Source: Camelus ferus (taxonomy: Eukaryota). From it: a stretch of 64,000 bases of DNA. This document shows positions 63,462 through 64,000 of the stretch, one piece after another. The stretch is from assembly GCF_009834535.1 (NCBI RefSeq), contig NC_045696.1:115384001-115448000 (forward strand). Reading direction: 5' to 3'. Every line of letters begins with the position of its first letter. The first letter of the stretch is position 1. The notes under the pieces are model-generated. The model had not been told where the DNA came from. It did not search any database and saw only the letters and a program-made list of their open reading frames with translations. Both the position numbers and the translations under genes were made by a program.

Positions 63462-63588
63462 GGGTAAACTGATGAGCAATCCTAGTTTGCCTGGAACACT
63501 TCCAACGAACACCTGTTGCGCTGATGTAACCATCAATAGAGCTCCATTTGAAGCTCAAAAATGTCCTAGTTTGGTTGATAAATTGTTT
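63462..63588. mobile_element. MER94-like hAT-Blackjack relic, apparently inserted in a MIR (about 63375-63690)
   Basis: tcctagtttgcctggaacac...ctcaaaaatgtcctagtttggttgataaatt; the flanks ttggcaagtcat and ccccaatttacaaaatgag are MIR-like. Confidence 0.6.
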
Positions 63589-64000
63589 GGATAGTTTTGT
63601 TTTGTTTTGTTTTTGACTCTCCTTTTCCCAATTTACAAAATGAGCCAGTTGAAATAGATGACATACAATGAGCCTTCCAAGAGTAAAATTTTCTGCATGG
63701 TACTTTCTGTTTAATAAAACATGTTGCTTTTGAGGGAATCTACTTGGGAAAGAAACAAAGTTTCCTTCAAGAAGATAGTTGTTATTTTACCTTATAAAGA
63801 AAGTTATTCCGTGTTCTTATTTTTCCATTCTTCCATCTCCTATTCATTCTTCCATTCTCCATCCATCCATCCATGCATTCCTTAATAGTGTGCAGTTTTA
63901 ATGTGCCCTAAAGTGTAGCAGATAAGTGAGGGGAAGGTAATAAAAATGTATTCAGCATGAGTCACTATGCCAAATCCTATGCTTTAATTCTTTTTTTCAT

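Overview
This is mammalian genomic DNA: AT-rich, repeat-laden, with no prokaryotic features. A tRNA-Ala-derived SINE and short L1 3' ends of the type I associate with camelids suggest a camel, alpaca or llama (inference). The window holds the 3' part of ZNF385D on the + strand: about 36.5 kb of a long intron, four coding exons (36514-36744, 47787-47965, 49205-49306, 51494-51727) encoding matrin-type zinc fingers 2 and 3 and a poly-Ala/Pro-rich C-terminus, then a probably long 3' UTR. The rest is L1, L2, MIR, MaLR and DNA-transposon relics. Repeat names and subfamilies are from recalled consensus, and their boundaries are approximate. The most interesting signal is a compact candidate internal promoter at about 10.8-10.9 kb (E-box, TATA, initiator, ATG-TGC-G, GTAAG donor). 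It would splice in frame onto the next ZNF385D exon and give a 250-aa isoform starting MCDSTTGTPAIS and lacking the first zinc finger. Other leads are two candidate poison-splicing events, a 3' UTR G-quadruplex, alternative polyadenylation and miRNA architecture, inverted L1 pairs around exons, and a tail-only retroinsertion. Conservation and expression cannot be checked from the sequence alone.
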